From assembly GCA_004375695.1 (NCBI GenBank), contig SOKQ01000021.1:11505-75504 (forward strand): a stretch of DNA of 64,000 bases. The letters run 5' to 3'. Of this stretch, positions 28,088 to 38,561 are shown one piece after another. The notes beneath the pieces were generated by a model, which was not told the DNA's origin, searched no databases, and saw nothing but the letters and a program-made list of their open reading frames with translations. Position numbers and translations under genes: made by a program. Within the stretch, counting starts at the first letter, position 1, and each line of letters opens with the position of its first letter. The DNA comes from Hadesarchaea archaeon. GTDB lineage: Archaea > Hadarchaeota > Hadarchaeia > Hadarchaeales > Hadarchaeaceae.

Positions 28088-28564
28088 ATGAAATCGAGAG
28101 TCAAGGTGTTAGTCGAAGGCGGGAAAGTCAGTCCCGGTCCACCGCTAGGTCCAGCCCTAGGTCCGCTCGGCATCAACATCGGGCAGGTGGTAGCGAAGAT
28201 AAATGAGAAGACATCAACTTTCGAGGGTATGAAGGTCCCCGTGAGCGTAATCGTAGACAAGAAGACAAAGCAATTTGAGATCGAAGTCGGCTCACCACCT
28301 ATCGCTGCACTGATTAAAAAGAAATTAGGCCTAGAGAAGGGGGCGAAAACTTCTGGCACGGAAGTCGTCGGAAATCTCGCCCTCACTCAAGCGGTCGAAA
28401 TCGCGAAGCTGAAACTCGAAGGCACGCTGGCCAAGGGGCTGAAAGCTGCAGTCAAGGAGGTTCTCGGGACGTGTGTGAGTGCTGGTGTGACAGTGGAGGG
28501 TAAAGATGCTCGCGAAGTACAACGTGAGGTGGACGAAGGAAAATACGACGAGGTGTTGAAATAA
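28088..28564 (+). CDS. rpl11: Ribosomal protein uL11
   Basis: [27 protein letters not shown]. Confidence 0.97.
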   Translation: MKSRVKVLVEGGKVSPGPPLGPALGPLGINIGQVVAKINEKTSTFEGMKVPVSVIVDKKTKQFEIEVGSPPIAALIKKKLGLEKGAKTSGTEVVGNLALTQAVEIAKLKLEGTLAKGLKAAVKEVLGTCVSAGVTVEGKDAREVQREVDEGKYDEVLK

Positions 28565-29211
28565 TGCCAGTTTTAAGTGAAAACTTGCTCAAGGCAATCA
28601 AGCTTATGCGGGAAAACAGCCATCAGCGAAAATTTGTGCAGGGTGTCGACCTATCGATCAACCTGAGGGACATCGACCCTAAGAAGCCAGAGGGGCGCAT
28701 CGACCTAGACATCGCGCTCCCCTACGAAGTCGGCAAGCCGTACAAGGTCGGCGTCTTCGGGGAGGGGGAGTTCGCACGTCAGGCGCGGGATGCCGGTGCA
28801 GATATTGTGTTTGGACGGGCGGACATCGAAACTCTCAAGCGGGAGCGAAAGCGGGCAAAGAAGTTAGCCGATGAATTTCAATTTTTCCTAGCTCAAGCCG
28901 ATTTTATGGTCATGATAGGAAAAGCGCTCGGACCTGTGTTGGGCCCGAGGGGAAAAATGCCTAAACCGGTCCCACCCACGGTCAACCAGAAGCCACTCAT
29001 TGAGCGTCTCAAGAAAACCCTAAAGGTGCGAACGAGGGACCAACCAACCCTGCGTGCTCACATCGGTGTTGAAAACATGCGCGATGAGGAGCTCGCGGAG
29101 AATGCGCGGGCGGTACTCGATGCGGTCGAACACAGGTTGGAGGGTCTCAGCAAGGTGCGCTCAATCCACCTCAAGACAACGATGGGGAAACCGGTCAAAG
29201 TTGAGGTGTGA
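28564..29211 (+). CDS. rpl1: Ribosomal protein uL1
   Basis: RKF, LGPRGKMP, KTTMG. Confidence 0.97.
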   Translation: MPVLSENLLKAIKLMRENSHQRKFVQGVDLSINLRDIDPKKPEGRIDLDIALPYEVGKPYKVGVFGEGEFARQARDAGADIVFGRADIETLKRERKRAKKLADEFQFFLAQADFMVMIGKALGPVLGPRGKMPKPVPPTVNQKPLIERLKKTLKVRTRDQPTLRAHIGVENMRDEELAENARAVLDAVEHRLEGLSKVRSIHLKTTMGKPVKVEV

Positions 29212-29214
29212 TGA

Positions 29215-30183
29215 ATGGCGGTGAAAGTTGAAAAAGTTGCGCCTTGGAAGCAGGAGGTCGTCAGCGAGCTCGTCGAGAAGCTCGAGCGCTACCCAGTGGT
29301 TGGGATACTCGACATTGCGGATCTCCCAGCCGCGCAGTTCCAGCAAATGCGCCAGAAGTTAAGGGAACAGGCCGAGATCATCGTCTCCAAAAACACTCTG
29401 TTGAAGTTCTCGCTCGATCGGGTGGCTGAGCGAAAAGATCCCAAGCTCCAAGAACTCATCGATCACCTGCGAGGGCCAACAGCGCTTATTCTCGCGCGCG
29501 TGGGCCCATTCAAACTTAGCAAGGTTCTTCGCGAGAGCAAGACCAGCGCCCCCGCGAAGCCCGGCTCCAGTTCGCCTCGGGACATCGTGATCCCAGCCGG
29601 AGATACTGACTTCGCCCCAGGGCCCGTGGTCGGGGAGCTCCAGCGCGTGGGGATCAAGGCGAGAATCCAAGCGGGGAAAATCGTCATCCTCGAAGACTGC
29701 CTGCTTTTGAAGGAGGGAGATGTGATATCTAAGGAGGTCGCCGATGTGCTTGTGAAGTTCGGTATCCGCCCGCTTGAGCTCGGACTGAAGCTCCGGGCCG
29801 TCTACGAGGCTGGCATGATATTCTCGGGTGAGGTGCTCGAGTTCGACGAGGCAAAAGCCATCGGACAACTCCAGCTCGCTTGCGTCGGTGCGGTGAATCT
29901 CGCGATAAACGCGGACTACCCAACCAGCATTACAATTGGCGTGATGATCGCGAAAGCGGGTGCCGCTGCGCGCAACTTGGCGCTGAATGTGCGCTTGCCC
30001 ATCTCGGAAGTCATGCCGGCGCTGTTGAATAGAGCTTACGCTGAAATGATTGGTCTGGCTGCATCCGTTCACTCTAAAGATGAAAAAGCGCTCGACGAGG
30101 AGCTTAGGGGCATGTTCACAACCGCGCCAGCGCCCGAGGCAAAACCAGAGGAGAAGCCCAAATCTGTGGATAAAAAAGACTAA
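29215..30183 (+). CDS. rpl10: Ribosomal protein uL10 (P0)
   Basis: [19 protein letters not shown]. Confidence 0.95.
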   Translation: MAVKVEKVAPWKQEVVSELVEKLERYPVVGILDIADLPAAQFQQMRQKLREQAEIIVSKNTLLKFSLDRVAERKDPKLQELIDHLRGPTALILARVGPFKLSKVLRESKTSAPAKPGSSSPRDIVIPAGDTDFAPGPVVGELQRVGIKARIQAGKIVILEDCLLLKEGDVISKEVADVLVKFGIRPLELGLKLRAVYEAGMIFSGEVLEFDEAKAIGQLQLACVGAVNLAINADYPTSITIGVMIAKAGAAARNLALNVRLPISEVMPALLNRAYAEMIGLAASVHSKDEKALDEELRGMFTTAPAPEAKPEEKPKSVDKKD

Positions 30184-30305
30184 ATCACTATATGCTTAGC
30201 TGGAGCTCAACGGACGAGTATTTTCAACCCCTTAATTATGAAGTATTTTCTTTCCGAGACGCATTAATTTATATTGGAGTATTCATAAAGACGAAAGGGA
30301 TTAAC

Positions 30306-30605
30306 ATGGAATATGTACATGCGGCTCTTTTGCTGCACTCGGCTGGCAAGAAGGTGGACGAGGCTGGTCTAGCGAACATCCTCAAAGCAGCGGGAGCGCA
30401 GGTGGACGAAGCTAGAGTGAAGGCCCTAGTCGCAGCGCTTGAAGGAGTGAATATCGAAGATGCAATTAAGAGTGCGGCAGTTCCTGCGGTAGCTGCACCT
30501 GCGGCGGCTCCAGCAAAGGCCGAAGAAAAGAAGGAAGAGAAGAAAGTCGAAGAGGAGAAGAAAGAAGAGGAAGCTTTGGCCGGACTTGGCGCGCTGTTCG
30601 GTTGA
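30306..30605 (+). CDS. rpl12: Ribosomal stalk protein P1 (aL12)
   Basis: [11 protein letters not shown], Ala/Glu-rich linker, GLGALFG end. Confidence 0.97.
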   Translation: MEYVHAALLLHSAGKKVDEAGLANILKAAGAQVDEARVKALVAALEGVNIEDAIKSAAVPAVAAPAAAPAKAEEKKEEKKVEEEKKEEEALAGLGALFG

Positions 30606-30686
30606 TGCAAGTCCTAGCCTTCAGTTTTTCTGAGCTAAGAATAATTTGGCATTGACAAGCGAAACTTTTAACCTCCGCTCTGATAT

Positions 30687-33437
30687 TTGCTTGGCGGGGA
30701 GCACGTGAAGGACATATACAAAGCGGCCCTTTTCAAGCGGGAGGGCTTCGAGCGCAGACAGTGCCAGAGTTGTGGGCGCACCTTCTGGACGCTCAAATCA
30801 GGGCGGAAAACCTGCGGTGACACTCCTTGCGACGAGTACGCGTTCATAGGAAAACCCCCGACGAAGCGGAAATACTCGCTGGCGGGAATAGAGCGGGCTT
30901 TCTTGAAATTCTTCGAGCGTCGAGGGCATAAGGTAATCAAGCGCTACCCCGTCGTGGCCCGGTGGCGTGACGACATCTTCCTCACTATCGCCTCGATCGC
31001 TGATTTTCAACCTTGGGTGACCAGCGGCTTGGTTCCGCCTCCTGCAAACCCCCTCGTTGTGAGCCAGCCCAGCATCCGCCTAAAGGACATCGACAACGTC
31101 GGGCGCTCGGGACGACACTTCACGCTCTTCTTCATGGGCGGTCATCATGCTTTCAACTCCCGCCGTGAACGCATCTATTGGAATGACGAGACCGTTGCCC
31201 TCTGCCATGAGTTCTTAACGAAAGATTTGGGAATTCGTTCCGATGAAATCTCATATATCCAGGACTTCTGGGAGGGTGGGGGGAACGCTGGAGAGGACTT
31301 TGAAGTAAACGTGCGCGGGCTGGAGCTCGCGACGCTCGTGTTCATGCAATATGTAAGCAAGGATGGCAAATATGCGCCGCTCCCCCTGAAGATTGTCGAC
31401 ACGGGTTATGGCTTGGAGCGCCTCGCTTGGATCTCGCAAGGCGTCGCTTCGAGCTATGAGGCTATCTTCGGGCCAGTGGTTGAACAGTTGCGCAAGTTTG
31501 CTGGAGTTCGCATGCCTCCAGCTGACGTACTTGAACAAAACTCAAAACTCGCCGGGCTCATGGACATCGAGACGGGGCGAGACCTCCTCATGCTTCGGAA
31601 AAAGGTCGCAGCCCGCACAGGTGTGAGTGTTGAAGAGTTGGATAAACTCTTGGTTCCGGTCGAGGCCGTCTACGCAATTGCTGACCACCTGAGATGTCTA
31701 GCGTTCATGTTTGGGGATAGGATAACCCCAAGCAACGTCAAGGAAGGCTACCTCGCGCGCGTCGTGCTCCGGCGCACCCTACGTTTGCTTCGGGAGCTGG
31801 AACTAAAGAAGCCGCTCGCGGAACTAATGGCGCTCGAACTCAAGCAGCTCACGCCTCAGTTCCCCGAGCTGAAAGAGCGGGAGGATTACATTTTGGAGGT
31901 AATCGGGCTCGAGGAACGGCGCTATAGGGACGCAATTTCTCGGGGGAGCAAGCTGGTCGAGCGACTCGCGGGAGGACTCCGTGCGGAGGGCAAACCCCTT
32001 TCCTCTGAGAATCTCATCGAACTCTATGATAGCCACGGGCTCCCACCTGACATCGTGAAAGAGGTTGCTAGTAAGGCTGGTGTTGTGGTAGAGGTTCCGG
32101 ATGATTTTTACATCAAGGTTGCGAAGTCTCACAGTCGAGCCCGGCATGTTCCCGCAGCCGCAGCTCCTGTCTCGAAGGAGAAGCTCAGCCGCCTCTCCCC
32201 GACGAAGACCATTTACTACAAAGATCCATACGCTCGGGAGTTCAAAGCGAAAGTGTTGCAAACCATCGATGACTACGTCGTGCTCGACCAAACTTTATTT
32301 TACCCGGAAGGTGGAGGGCAGCCGAGCGATGTGGGGTCGCTTGAAGTCAGGAAAACCAAGGCCGAGGTTGTGGATGTCAAAAAAGCTGGCGACATCATCC
32401 TGCACCGCGTGAAGCCGAATCCTTTTAAGGCTGGGCAACGTGTGCGTGGGAAGATTGATTGGGCTCGCCGCAGCTCTCTCATGCGTCACCACACAGGGAC
32501 TCACATTCTGCTCGGGGCGGCCCGACGAGTGCTTGGCGACCATATCTGGCAGCACGGGGTACAAAAGGGAGTCGAGCGCACACGCTTGGACATCTCCCAC
32601 TTCAAGCGTATTGAACCCAAGGAGTTGCGGGAAATCGAACACTTGGCGAACGAGATAGTGATGGAGAACCGCCCGGTGAACACTGAGTGGATGGATCGAA
32701 ATCAAGCCGAGCGAAAGTACGGCTTCGACCTTTATCAGGGAGGGATTGTGCCCGGGAAAAAAATCAGGGTGGTGGAAGCGAAAGATTGGAATACTCAGGC
32801 TTGCGCTGGAACTCATTGTTCGCGCACGGGTGAGATTGGGTTCATCAAGATCATACGAACCGAACGGATTCAAGATGGCGTCGAGCGGGTTGAGTTTGCT
32901 GTTGGAGATGCCGCGCTGAAGTTCGTGCAAGCGCAGGAGCGGCAACTCGCCAAGGCGGCAGAAATCCTGCGCGCCACGCCCGATCGAGCGGCAGCAGCAG
33001 CCCAGCAGCTCTTCGACGAGTGGAAGGCAGTGCAGAAGGAGCTAGACAGATTACGCGATCGGATGGCTGAACTCCGAATCACCGAGCTGCGGTCAAAAAT
33101 CAAGCAGGTGGGGAGGGTGCAAGCGATATGTGAGGAGATTGAGGATGCCAGTACGGATCAGTTAATCAAAATCGCGAGTGCCCTGACACGGGAAGATAAG
33201 AGATTAGTTATTGTGCTTGGCGTGCGCGATGCAATGGCCAAGCTTGTGGCGATGGCTGGGGAGGAAGCCGTGCGTGCAGGAGCTGACTGCGGCGCGATAG
33301 CTGCCGAAGCCGCGAAGGTGCTGGGCGGCGGTGGCGGTGGAAAACCAGAGCTTGGTCAAGGAGGCGGCCCGAAAGCGGATTACTTGACCGCTGCGCTCCG
33401 AAAAGCACTTGAAACATGTGAGAAGCAACAAGCGTAA
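30687..33437 (+). CDS. alaS: Alanyl-tRNA synthetase (archaeal type)
   Basis: YPVVARWR, DTGYGLER, editing HxxxH...CAGTH, GGGGG C-Ala domain. Confidence 0.97.
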   Translation: MLGGEHVKDIYKAALFKREGFERRQCQSCGRTFWTLKSGRKTCGDTPCDEYAFIGKPPTKRKYSLAGIERAFLKFFERRGHKVIKRYPVVARWRDDIFLTIASIADFQPWVTSGLVPPPANPLVVSQPSIRLKDIDNVGRSGRHFTLFFMGGHHAFNSRRERIYWNDETVALCHEFLTKDLGIRSDEISYIQDFWEGGGNAGEDFEVNVRGLELATLVFMQYVSKDGKYAPLPLKIVDTGYGLERLAWISQGVASSYEAIFGPVVEQLRKFAGVRMPPADVLEQNSKLAGLMDIETGRDLLMLRKKVAARTGVSVEELDKLLVPVEAVYAIADHLRCLAFMFGDRITPSNVKEGYLARVVLRRTLRLLRELELKKPLAELMALELKQLTPQFPELKEREDYILEVIGLEERRYRDAISRGSKLVERLAGGLRAEGKPLSSENLIELYDSHGLPPDIVKEVASKAGVVVEVPDDFYIKVAKSHSRARHVPAAAAPVSKEKLSRLSPTKTIYYKDPYAREFKAKVLQTIDDYVVLDQTLFYPEGGGQPSDVGSLEVRKTKAEVVDVKKAGDIILHRVKPNPFKAGQRVRGKIDWARRSSLMRHHTGTHILLGAARRVLGDHIWQHGVQKGVERTRLDISHFKRIEPKELREIEHLANEIVMENRPVNTEWMDRNQAERKYGFDLYQGGIVPGKKIRVVEAKDWNTQACAGTHCSRTGEIGFIKIIRTERIQDGVERVEFAVGDAALKFVQAQERQLAKAAEILRATPDRAAAAAQQLFDEWKAVQKELDRLRDRMAELRITELRSKIKQVGRVQAICEEIEDASTDQLIKIASALTREDKRLVIVLGVRDAMAKLVAMAGEEAVRAGADCGAIAAEAAKVLGGGGGGKPELGQGGGPKADYLTAALRKALETCEKQQA

Positions 33438-33445
33438 GGAGGGGC

Positions 33446-36337
33446 ATGATGAACTTTCAGGAGCTAGACGCCAAGTGGCAGCAGGCGTGGCACGAGGCAA
33501 AGCTCTTCGAGGTCGACTCGGACAAGAAGCCGAAGTTCTACCTCACTGTTGCCTACCCATATGTTTCAGGCCCCATGCATGTGGGACATGGGCGCACTTA
33601 CACAGTGCCCGACGTGATCGCACGCTACAAACGGATGCGGGGGCTCAACGTGTTGTTCCCCATGGCCTACCACTTCACAGGAACCCCTATCGTTGGAGCT
33701 GCCAAGAGGGTCACCCGTCGAGAGCCTGATTTCGTGCGGGTGCTCACTGAGCGCTACGGCGTTGCCGAGCCCGAACTGCCAAAGTTTGAAGATCCTCACT
33801 ACTTCGCAACTCACTTCGCACGCGAGAGCGAGTTGAGTTATCGAAAAGGGATGGAGTGGTTGGGTTACTCGATTGACTGGCGGCGAGAGTTCACCACCGT
33901 CGACCCCTCCTACAGCAAATTCATCGCCTGGCAGTATCACAAGCTGTACGACGCGGGCTTGATAGTCAAAGGCAAGCACCCGGTAAAATGGTGCCCCGGA
34001 TGTGGGAATCCTGTGACCGACCACGATCTGCTTGAGGGTGAGGGTGTCGGGATAGTCGAGTTCACTCTGTTGAAATATAAAATAGATGACTACGTAATCC
34101 CCGCCGCCACGCTTCGGCCCGAGACCGTTTTTGGGGTCACGAACCTTTGGCTCAATCCTGATGTGAAATACGTAAGTGCCCAAGTGAACGGCGAAAGATG
34201 GATCGTGAGCGAGCAAGCCGTCAAGAAACTGCGTGATCAAGGATATCAGGTCGGCGAGGTCTCGTCGATTCGGATAAATTTCGGTAGAGAAGTTGAAGTC
34301 CCGCTTACCCACAAACGAGTCCCCATCCTCCCCGCTAAGTTCGTCGACCCGGACAATGCTACAGGGGTGGTTGGGTCTGTCCCTTCGCACGCACCTTACG
34401 ACCATGTCGCTCTACTTGAACTCCAGCAACACCCGGACACACTCAAAGCTCACGGGGTAAAATCCAGCGATGTGGAAGGACTGAAGCCCATCTCACTCAT
34501 CGAGGTCGAAGGATTCGGCGAGTCTCCTGCAATAGATGTCGTCAATCGAATTGGAATCAAGGATCAAACCGACTCCCGCCTCGAAGAAGCTACTGCCGAG
34601 GTCTACCGAAACGAGTTCGCGAAAGGTCGAATGCGCTCCTGGGTGCCGAAATACGCAGGCATGCTGGTCTCGCGAGCCAAAACGGCCGTGTGCGATGACA
34701 TGCTGGCGAACAACGAGGCTGCCACGATGTACGAGTTCTCGGCAAAACCGGTAGTCTGTAGGTGCGGCACACCCGTGACGGTGAAAGTAGTCGAGGATCA
34801 GTGGTTCCTGAACTACGCGGACGAAGGCTGGAAGGAAAAGGCGCGAGCTTGCCTAGCGCGGATGGACTTGGTGCCTCCTGAGACGCGAGCGCAGTTTGAA
34901 CACACCATCGGGTGGCTCCACGAGTGGCCGTGCACTCGCAGCATAGGAATGGGGACGCCCGCACCTTGGGATCCCAAGTGGATAATTGAGTCCCTCAGCG
35001 ACTCGACGATATACATGGCCTACTACACGATTGCACACATTCTCAAAACCATCGACCCCGCGAAGCTCACCGACGAGGTCTTCGACTACGTTTTTCACGG
35101 GAAGGGCAGTGCTGATTCGATTTCTCGTTCCACAGGCATCGATCGGCAGGCCCTTGAGCGGATGCGTCGTGAGTTCGAGTACTGGTACCCGCTCGACTAC
35201 CGAATGTCGGCGAACGAGCTGATTCCCAACCACCTCACCTTCCACATTTTCCATCACGCACTGCTCTTCCCCAAGCTTTGTCCCCGCGGCATTATTTCGT
35301 TCGGGATGGCGGTGCTCGAGGGGGAGAAGATGTCCTCGTCGAAGGGAAACATCATCGCGATTAACGAAGCCGTTCGAGAATACGGTGCAGACACGGTGCG
35401 GCTCTACTTGATGTCGGTTTCCGAACCCTGGCAGGACCTGGATTGGCGGACCAGCGAGGTTGAGGCGATGCGGAGGAACTTGGAGCGCTTTTACTCATTG
35501 GCCGAAGAAATTCTTGTGCTACCCGAGACGGGGAGTCCAAGCTTTGCCCAACCCGAGCTATGGATGCTGAGTCAGCTCCAGAGACACGTCCAAGCGGTGA
35601 CCGAAGCACTCGAAGCGTTCGAAACGCGCAAGGCCGTACAGCACGCTTTCTTTTTCATCATGCAAAATCTGCGATGGTACATGAAACGAGCGCAGCAGCC
35701 TGAGGCACGCGCCCACATGCTTAAGCGGGTGTTCAATGTCTGGCTCCGCTTGCTCGCCCCGTTCACGCCTCACATTTGCGAAGAACTGTGGGAGCGCGCA
35801 AAGAGCGGCGGTTTCATCTCGGTGGCTCCTTGGCCGAAGGTGGAGGAGGGACTCATCGACGAGGGGGCTGAGCTGGTGGAAAGCTACCTCGGGCGCGTGC
35901 TCGAAGACATCGGAAAAATCCTTCGTGTGGTGAAAGTTGAAAAGCCCAAGCGAGTCTGCCTTTACGTTGCGCAGGATTGGAAGTGGCGGGCTTATCGCAT
36001 CGCCATGACGCGCGTGCAAGATGGACGAGTTGATTTTGGCAAGCTGCTCCGCACGGTCGAGAAGGAACTCGGGCTCAGGCTGCATACCGCAGATTTGGCG
36101 AAGTACCTCCAGCAGGCGGTGCAGGAGCTTAGGGGTATGCCCGAACAAGACCTCAAGACATTGGCGAGAGTGGAAGTGGATGAGCTGCAAGTCCTGCTAG
36201 ACGCTACCAATTTCCTCCGTGAACAGCTGGGGGTGCAAGAAGTGCGCGTGTTCAAGGCTGAAGATGCTACACGGTACGATCCGCAGGATAGGGCTAAACT
36301 CGCGACTCCAATGAGGCCTGCGATTTTTGTTGAATAA
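33446..36337 (+). CDS. leuS: Leucyl-tRNA synthetase (archaeal type)
   Basis: YPY..G.MHVGH, ATLRPET, SVPSHAPYD, ESLSDSTIY, KMSSSKGN. Confidence 0.97.
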   Translation: MMNFQELDAKWQQAWHEAKLFEVDSDKKPKFYLTVAYPYVSGPMHVGHGRTYTVPDVIARYKRMRGLNVLFPMAYHFTGTPIVGAAKRVTRREPDFVRVLTERYGVAEPELPKFEDPHYFATHFARESELSYRKGMEWLGYSIDWRREFTTVDPSYSKFIAWQYHKLYDAGLIVKGKHPVKWCPGCGNPVTDHDLLEGEGVGIVEFTLLKYKIDDYVIPAATLRPETVFGVTNLWLNPDVKYVSAQVNGERWIVSEQAVKKLRDQGYQVGEVSSIRINFGREVEVPLTHKRVPILPAKFVDPDNATGVVGSVPSHAPYDHVALLELQQHPDTLKAHGVKSSDVEGLKPISLIEVEGFGESPAIDVVNRIGIKDQTDSRLEEATAEVYRNEFAKGRMRSWVPKYAGMLVSRAKTAVCDDMLANNEAATMYEFSAKPVVCRCGTPVTVKVVEDQWFLNYADEGWKEKARACLARMDLVPPETRAQFEHTIGWLHEWPCTRSIGMGTPAPWDPKWIIESLSDSTIYMAYYTIAHILKTIDPAKLTDEVFDYVFHGKGSADSISRSTGIDRQALERMRREFEYWYPLDYRMSANELIPNHLTFHIFHHALLFPKLCPRGIISFGMAVLEGEKMSSSKGNIIAINEAVREYGADTVRLYLMSVSEPWQDLDWRTSEVEAMRRNLERFYSLAEEILVLPETGSPSFAQPELWMLSQLQRHVQAVTEALEAFETRKAVQHAFFFIMQNLRWYMKRAQQPEARAHMLKRVFNVWLRLLAPFTPHICEELWERAKSGGFISVAPWPKVEEGLIDEGAELVESYLGRVLEDIGKILRVVKVEKPKRVCLYVAQDWKWRAYRIAMTRVQDGRVDFGKLLRTVEKELGLRLHTADLAKYLQQAVQELRGMPEQDLKTLARVEVDELQVLLDATNFLREQLGVQEVRVFKAEDATRYDPQDRAKLATPMRPAIFVE

Positions 36338-36345
36338 GTGATTTC

Positions 36346-36993
36346 ATGGCCAAGATTTCAGATGCCGTGCAGAACCTGCGTTACCTACTCAACCAAGGTT
36401 ATCCCCGTAAGTCAGCCGTGAACTTCGTCGCCAACCACTACCGCTTTCCGCTTAATCAACGGCACCTGCTGGCGCGCTGCGTCTTCTCCAAAATTGAAAT
36501 AGTCGAGCATCGCCGAAAAGCTATCAGAGCTAGCGCCGTTCGGGGCAAGCGCCTAGGTGTTGACGGCTACAACGTCCTAATAACCCTCGAGAGCATCTTC
36601 ACCCGCAAACAAGTCGTGCGATGCGACGATGGCTACATCCGAGACCTGCGTGCGATCTTCGGCAAGTATCGCAGATCTCCTGCAACCACGCGAGCGCTTG
36701 CGGAGCTTTTGCGAATCATCGCCGGGGCAAAGCCAAGTCACGTCGAGTTTTTGTTCGACAAGCAAGTAAGCAGGAGCGGTGAGCTTGCAGGCATGGTGAG
36801 GCAGCGACTCAAGCAAGCTGGGCTGAAGGGTGATGCTCAAGCGATCGGTGGGGTTGATTTGAAGCTCCGTTCATTTGATGTCGTCGCAAGCGGTGACCGT
36901 GCGATAATCAGGCGGGCGAAAGCAATTTGGGACATCCCGGCCGAGCTTCTGAAGCGAAAAAAAGTGAAAGTTTTCGATTTAAAGAAATTTTAA
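36346..36993 (+). CDS. DUF434 family (PIN-like) protein
   Basis: YLLNQGY, DGYNVLITLE, DGYIRDL, SGELA. Confidence 0.85.
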   Translation: MAKISDAVQNLRYLLNQGYPRKSAVNFVANHYRFPLNQRHLLARCVFSKIEIVEHRRKAIRASAVRGKRLGVDGYNVLITLESIFTRKQVVRCDDGYIRDLRAIFGKYRRSPATTRALAELLRIIAGAKPSHVEFLFDKQVSRSGELAGMVRQRLKQAGLKGDAQAIGGVDLKLRSFDVVASGDRAIIRRAKAIWDIPAELLKRKKVKVFDLKKF

Positions 36994-36998
36994 TTCAG

Positions 36999-37580
36999 TT
37001 ATACCATACTTTTGACGATTTGTCCGAGCTTTTTGAAATCCGCCTGTAATCTAGTTTTCGTCTCGGCGCCGTAGAGGGCTGCGGCGGGGTGATAGGTAAG
37101 GAAAAGCTTGAAGCTCGCACCAGCGTAGGTGAAGTCGAATAGTTTGCCGTGCTCCCTGCCTATACTTACGTGTTTGCCGAGCAGCGTGCGTGCGGCTATC
37201 CTGCCCAGAGCAACTATGAATTTTGGCTTGATTATGGAGACATGCCCCTCGAGAAAACGTCTGCACGCTTCGATTTCATCAGGCAGGGGGTCTCTGTTCT
37301 GGGGCGGCCTGCACAACACAACATTGGTCACGTGCACATCCTCCCTCCTCAGCCCGGCTTCACGTAAGAGTTCATTCAAGATTTTGCCGGCTGCCCCGCT
37401 GAACGGAATTTTGGTTTGGTCTTCCGTGAACCCAGGACCCTCCCCGACCAGCATTATCTTTGCATCCGCTGGCCCAACGCCAAATACAACGTTCGTTCGG
37501 GTTTTGTGTAACATACAGCGCTTGCAGACCACCGCTTCGGCCTCAAGCTGGCGCAGGGCTTTTTCAGTTTCTTCCTTCAT
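36999..37580 (-). CDS. Family 4 uracil-DNA glycosylase
   Basis: CxxC, GEGPG, CRPP.NR.P, TYHPAA. Confidence 0.93.
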   Translation of the reverse strand: MKEETEKALRQLEAEAVVCKRCMLHKTRTNVVFGVGPADAKIMLVGEGPGFTEDQTKIPFSGAAGKILNELLREAGLRREDVHVTNVVLCRPPQNRDPLPDEIEACRRFLEGHVSIIKPKFIVALGRIAARTLLGKHVSIGREHGKLFDFTYAGASFKLFLTYHPAAALYGAETKTRLQADFKKLGQIVKSMV

Positions 37581-37612
37581 GGACACACCACTAACTTGCG
37601 TAGAACCTGAAG

Positions 37613-38131
37613 TCAGTATGAGCGCTCGACCTGCGGCTTGAGCTTCTCGTGGACGTGCTTGAGCACCACGATGTCCGCCTTACAGTGTTCGACGATCAGC
37701 CTCCGCGCCTCGAGATCGCCGCGCTCGACCAGTTTGAACAACGTTAGGACATCAGCTCCGTGAAAATTGGCTGGCTTTTGTATCCCCAGAAACCGCGCTA
37801 CCGAGCTCAGCCTGTAGCTGGAAAGGAGCAGATGTCCGCGGGACCACTCGCAGAGGTCGAGCATCGGGATGTTGATGAGTCTGGAGAGGTCGATGTTGTG
37901 AGCCAAGGCGCGGGTGCAAAGAAAGGGGATGTCGAAACCTGAACCGTACCAAGTCACGAGCATCTCACAGTCCTCCAGTTCATCGCGGAGCCACTCGAGC
38001 ACCTTCCGCTCCTCCTCGGGGGTTTCCGCGAAGCGGATTTCCGGCTCTTCTCCCTTGAGCAGGCCGACCGCCACGACCATGCCCCGGTCGGCTTTCGTCG
38101 AAGTTGTCTCAATGTCCAAATACGCTATCAC
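37613..38131 (-). CDS. YprB/RNase_H_2-like DEDD 3'-5' exonuclease domain protein
   Basis: LDIET, G..FDIPFL, H..D motifs. Confidence 0.82.
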   Translation of the reverse strand: MIAYLDIETTSTKADRGMVVAVGLLKGEEPEIRFAETPEEERKVLEWLRDELEDCEMLVTWYGSGFDIPFLCTRALAHNIDLSRLINIPMLDLCEWSRGHLLLSSYRLSSVARFLGIQKPANFHGADVLTLFKLVERGDLEARRLIVEHCKADIVVLKHVHEKLKPQVERSY

Positions 38132-38135
38132 TCGA

Positions 38136-38546
38136 TCACTCGCCCATCACGAAAATCGCGAGTCTGCGGGTACGGGGGCCATCCTGCTCGATCACCAAAA
38201 AGCTCTGCCAAGTGCCCCGAACTACGCGCCCATCGGCAATCGGCAGGACTCGAGAGGAACCTATGAAAGCTGACTTCAGGTGCGCGTGCGCATTGTCATC
38301 GATGCGGTCGTGCTGATATCCCCCACGCACCGGCGCGAAGTCATCGAGTTTGTTTAATAAATCCTGCTTGAGCCCGCTTTCGTTCTCGTTCAGCACGAGC
38401 GAGGCCGTCGCATGAGGAAGTTGCACGATGAGCAGACCATTTTTTATGCCGGATTCTCGAACTGCCGAGGTGACCTTGCTCGTTAGATCGATTACCTCGC
38501 GCGCCTTGCTCGTTGAAAAGCTCAGCTCCTTGAACCATGTTTTCAT
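38136..38546 (-). CDS. YjbQ/UPF0047 family protein
   Basis: HATASL..NE, NAHAHLK, GTWQ, E.DGPR. Confidence 0.92.
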   Translation of the reverse strand: MKTWFKELSFSTSKAREVIDLTSKVTSAVRESGIKNGLLIVQLPHATASLVLNENESGLKQDLLNKLDDFAPVRGGYQHDRIDDNAHAHLKSAFIGSSRVLPIADGRVVRGTWQSFLVIEQDGPRTRRLAIFVMGE

Positions 38547-38561
38547 AAAATCACAGTTTGG

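Noticed and set aside
30668..36255. Many long antisense/alternate-frame ORFs (e.g. 33566-34405, 32295-32945)
   Set aside because: Shadows of the GC-rich alaS and leuS genes; no motifs. The same applies to similar shadow ORFs across the window.
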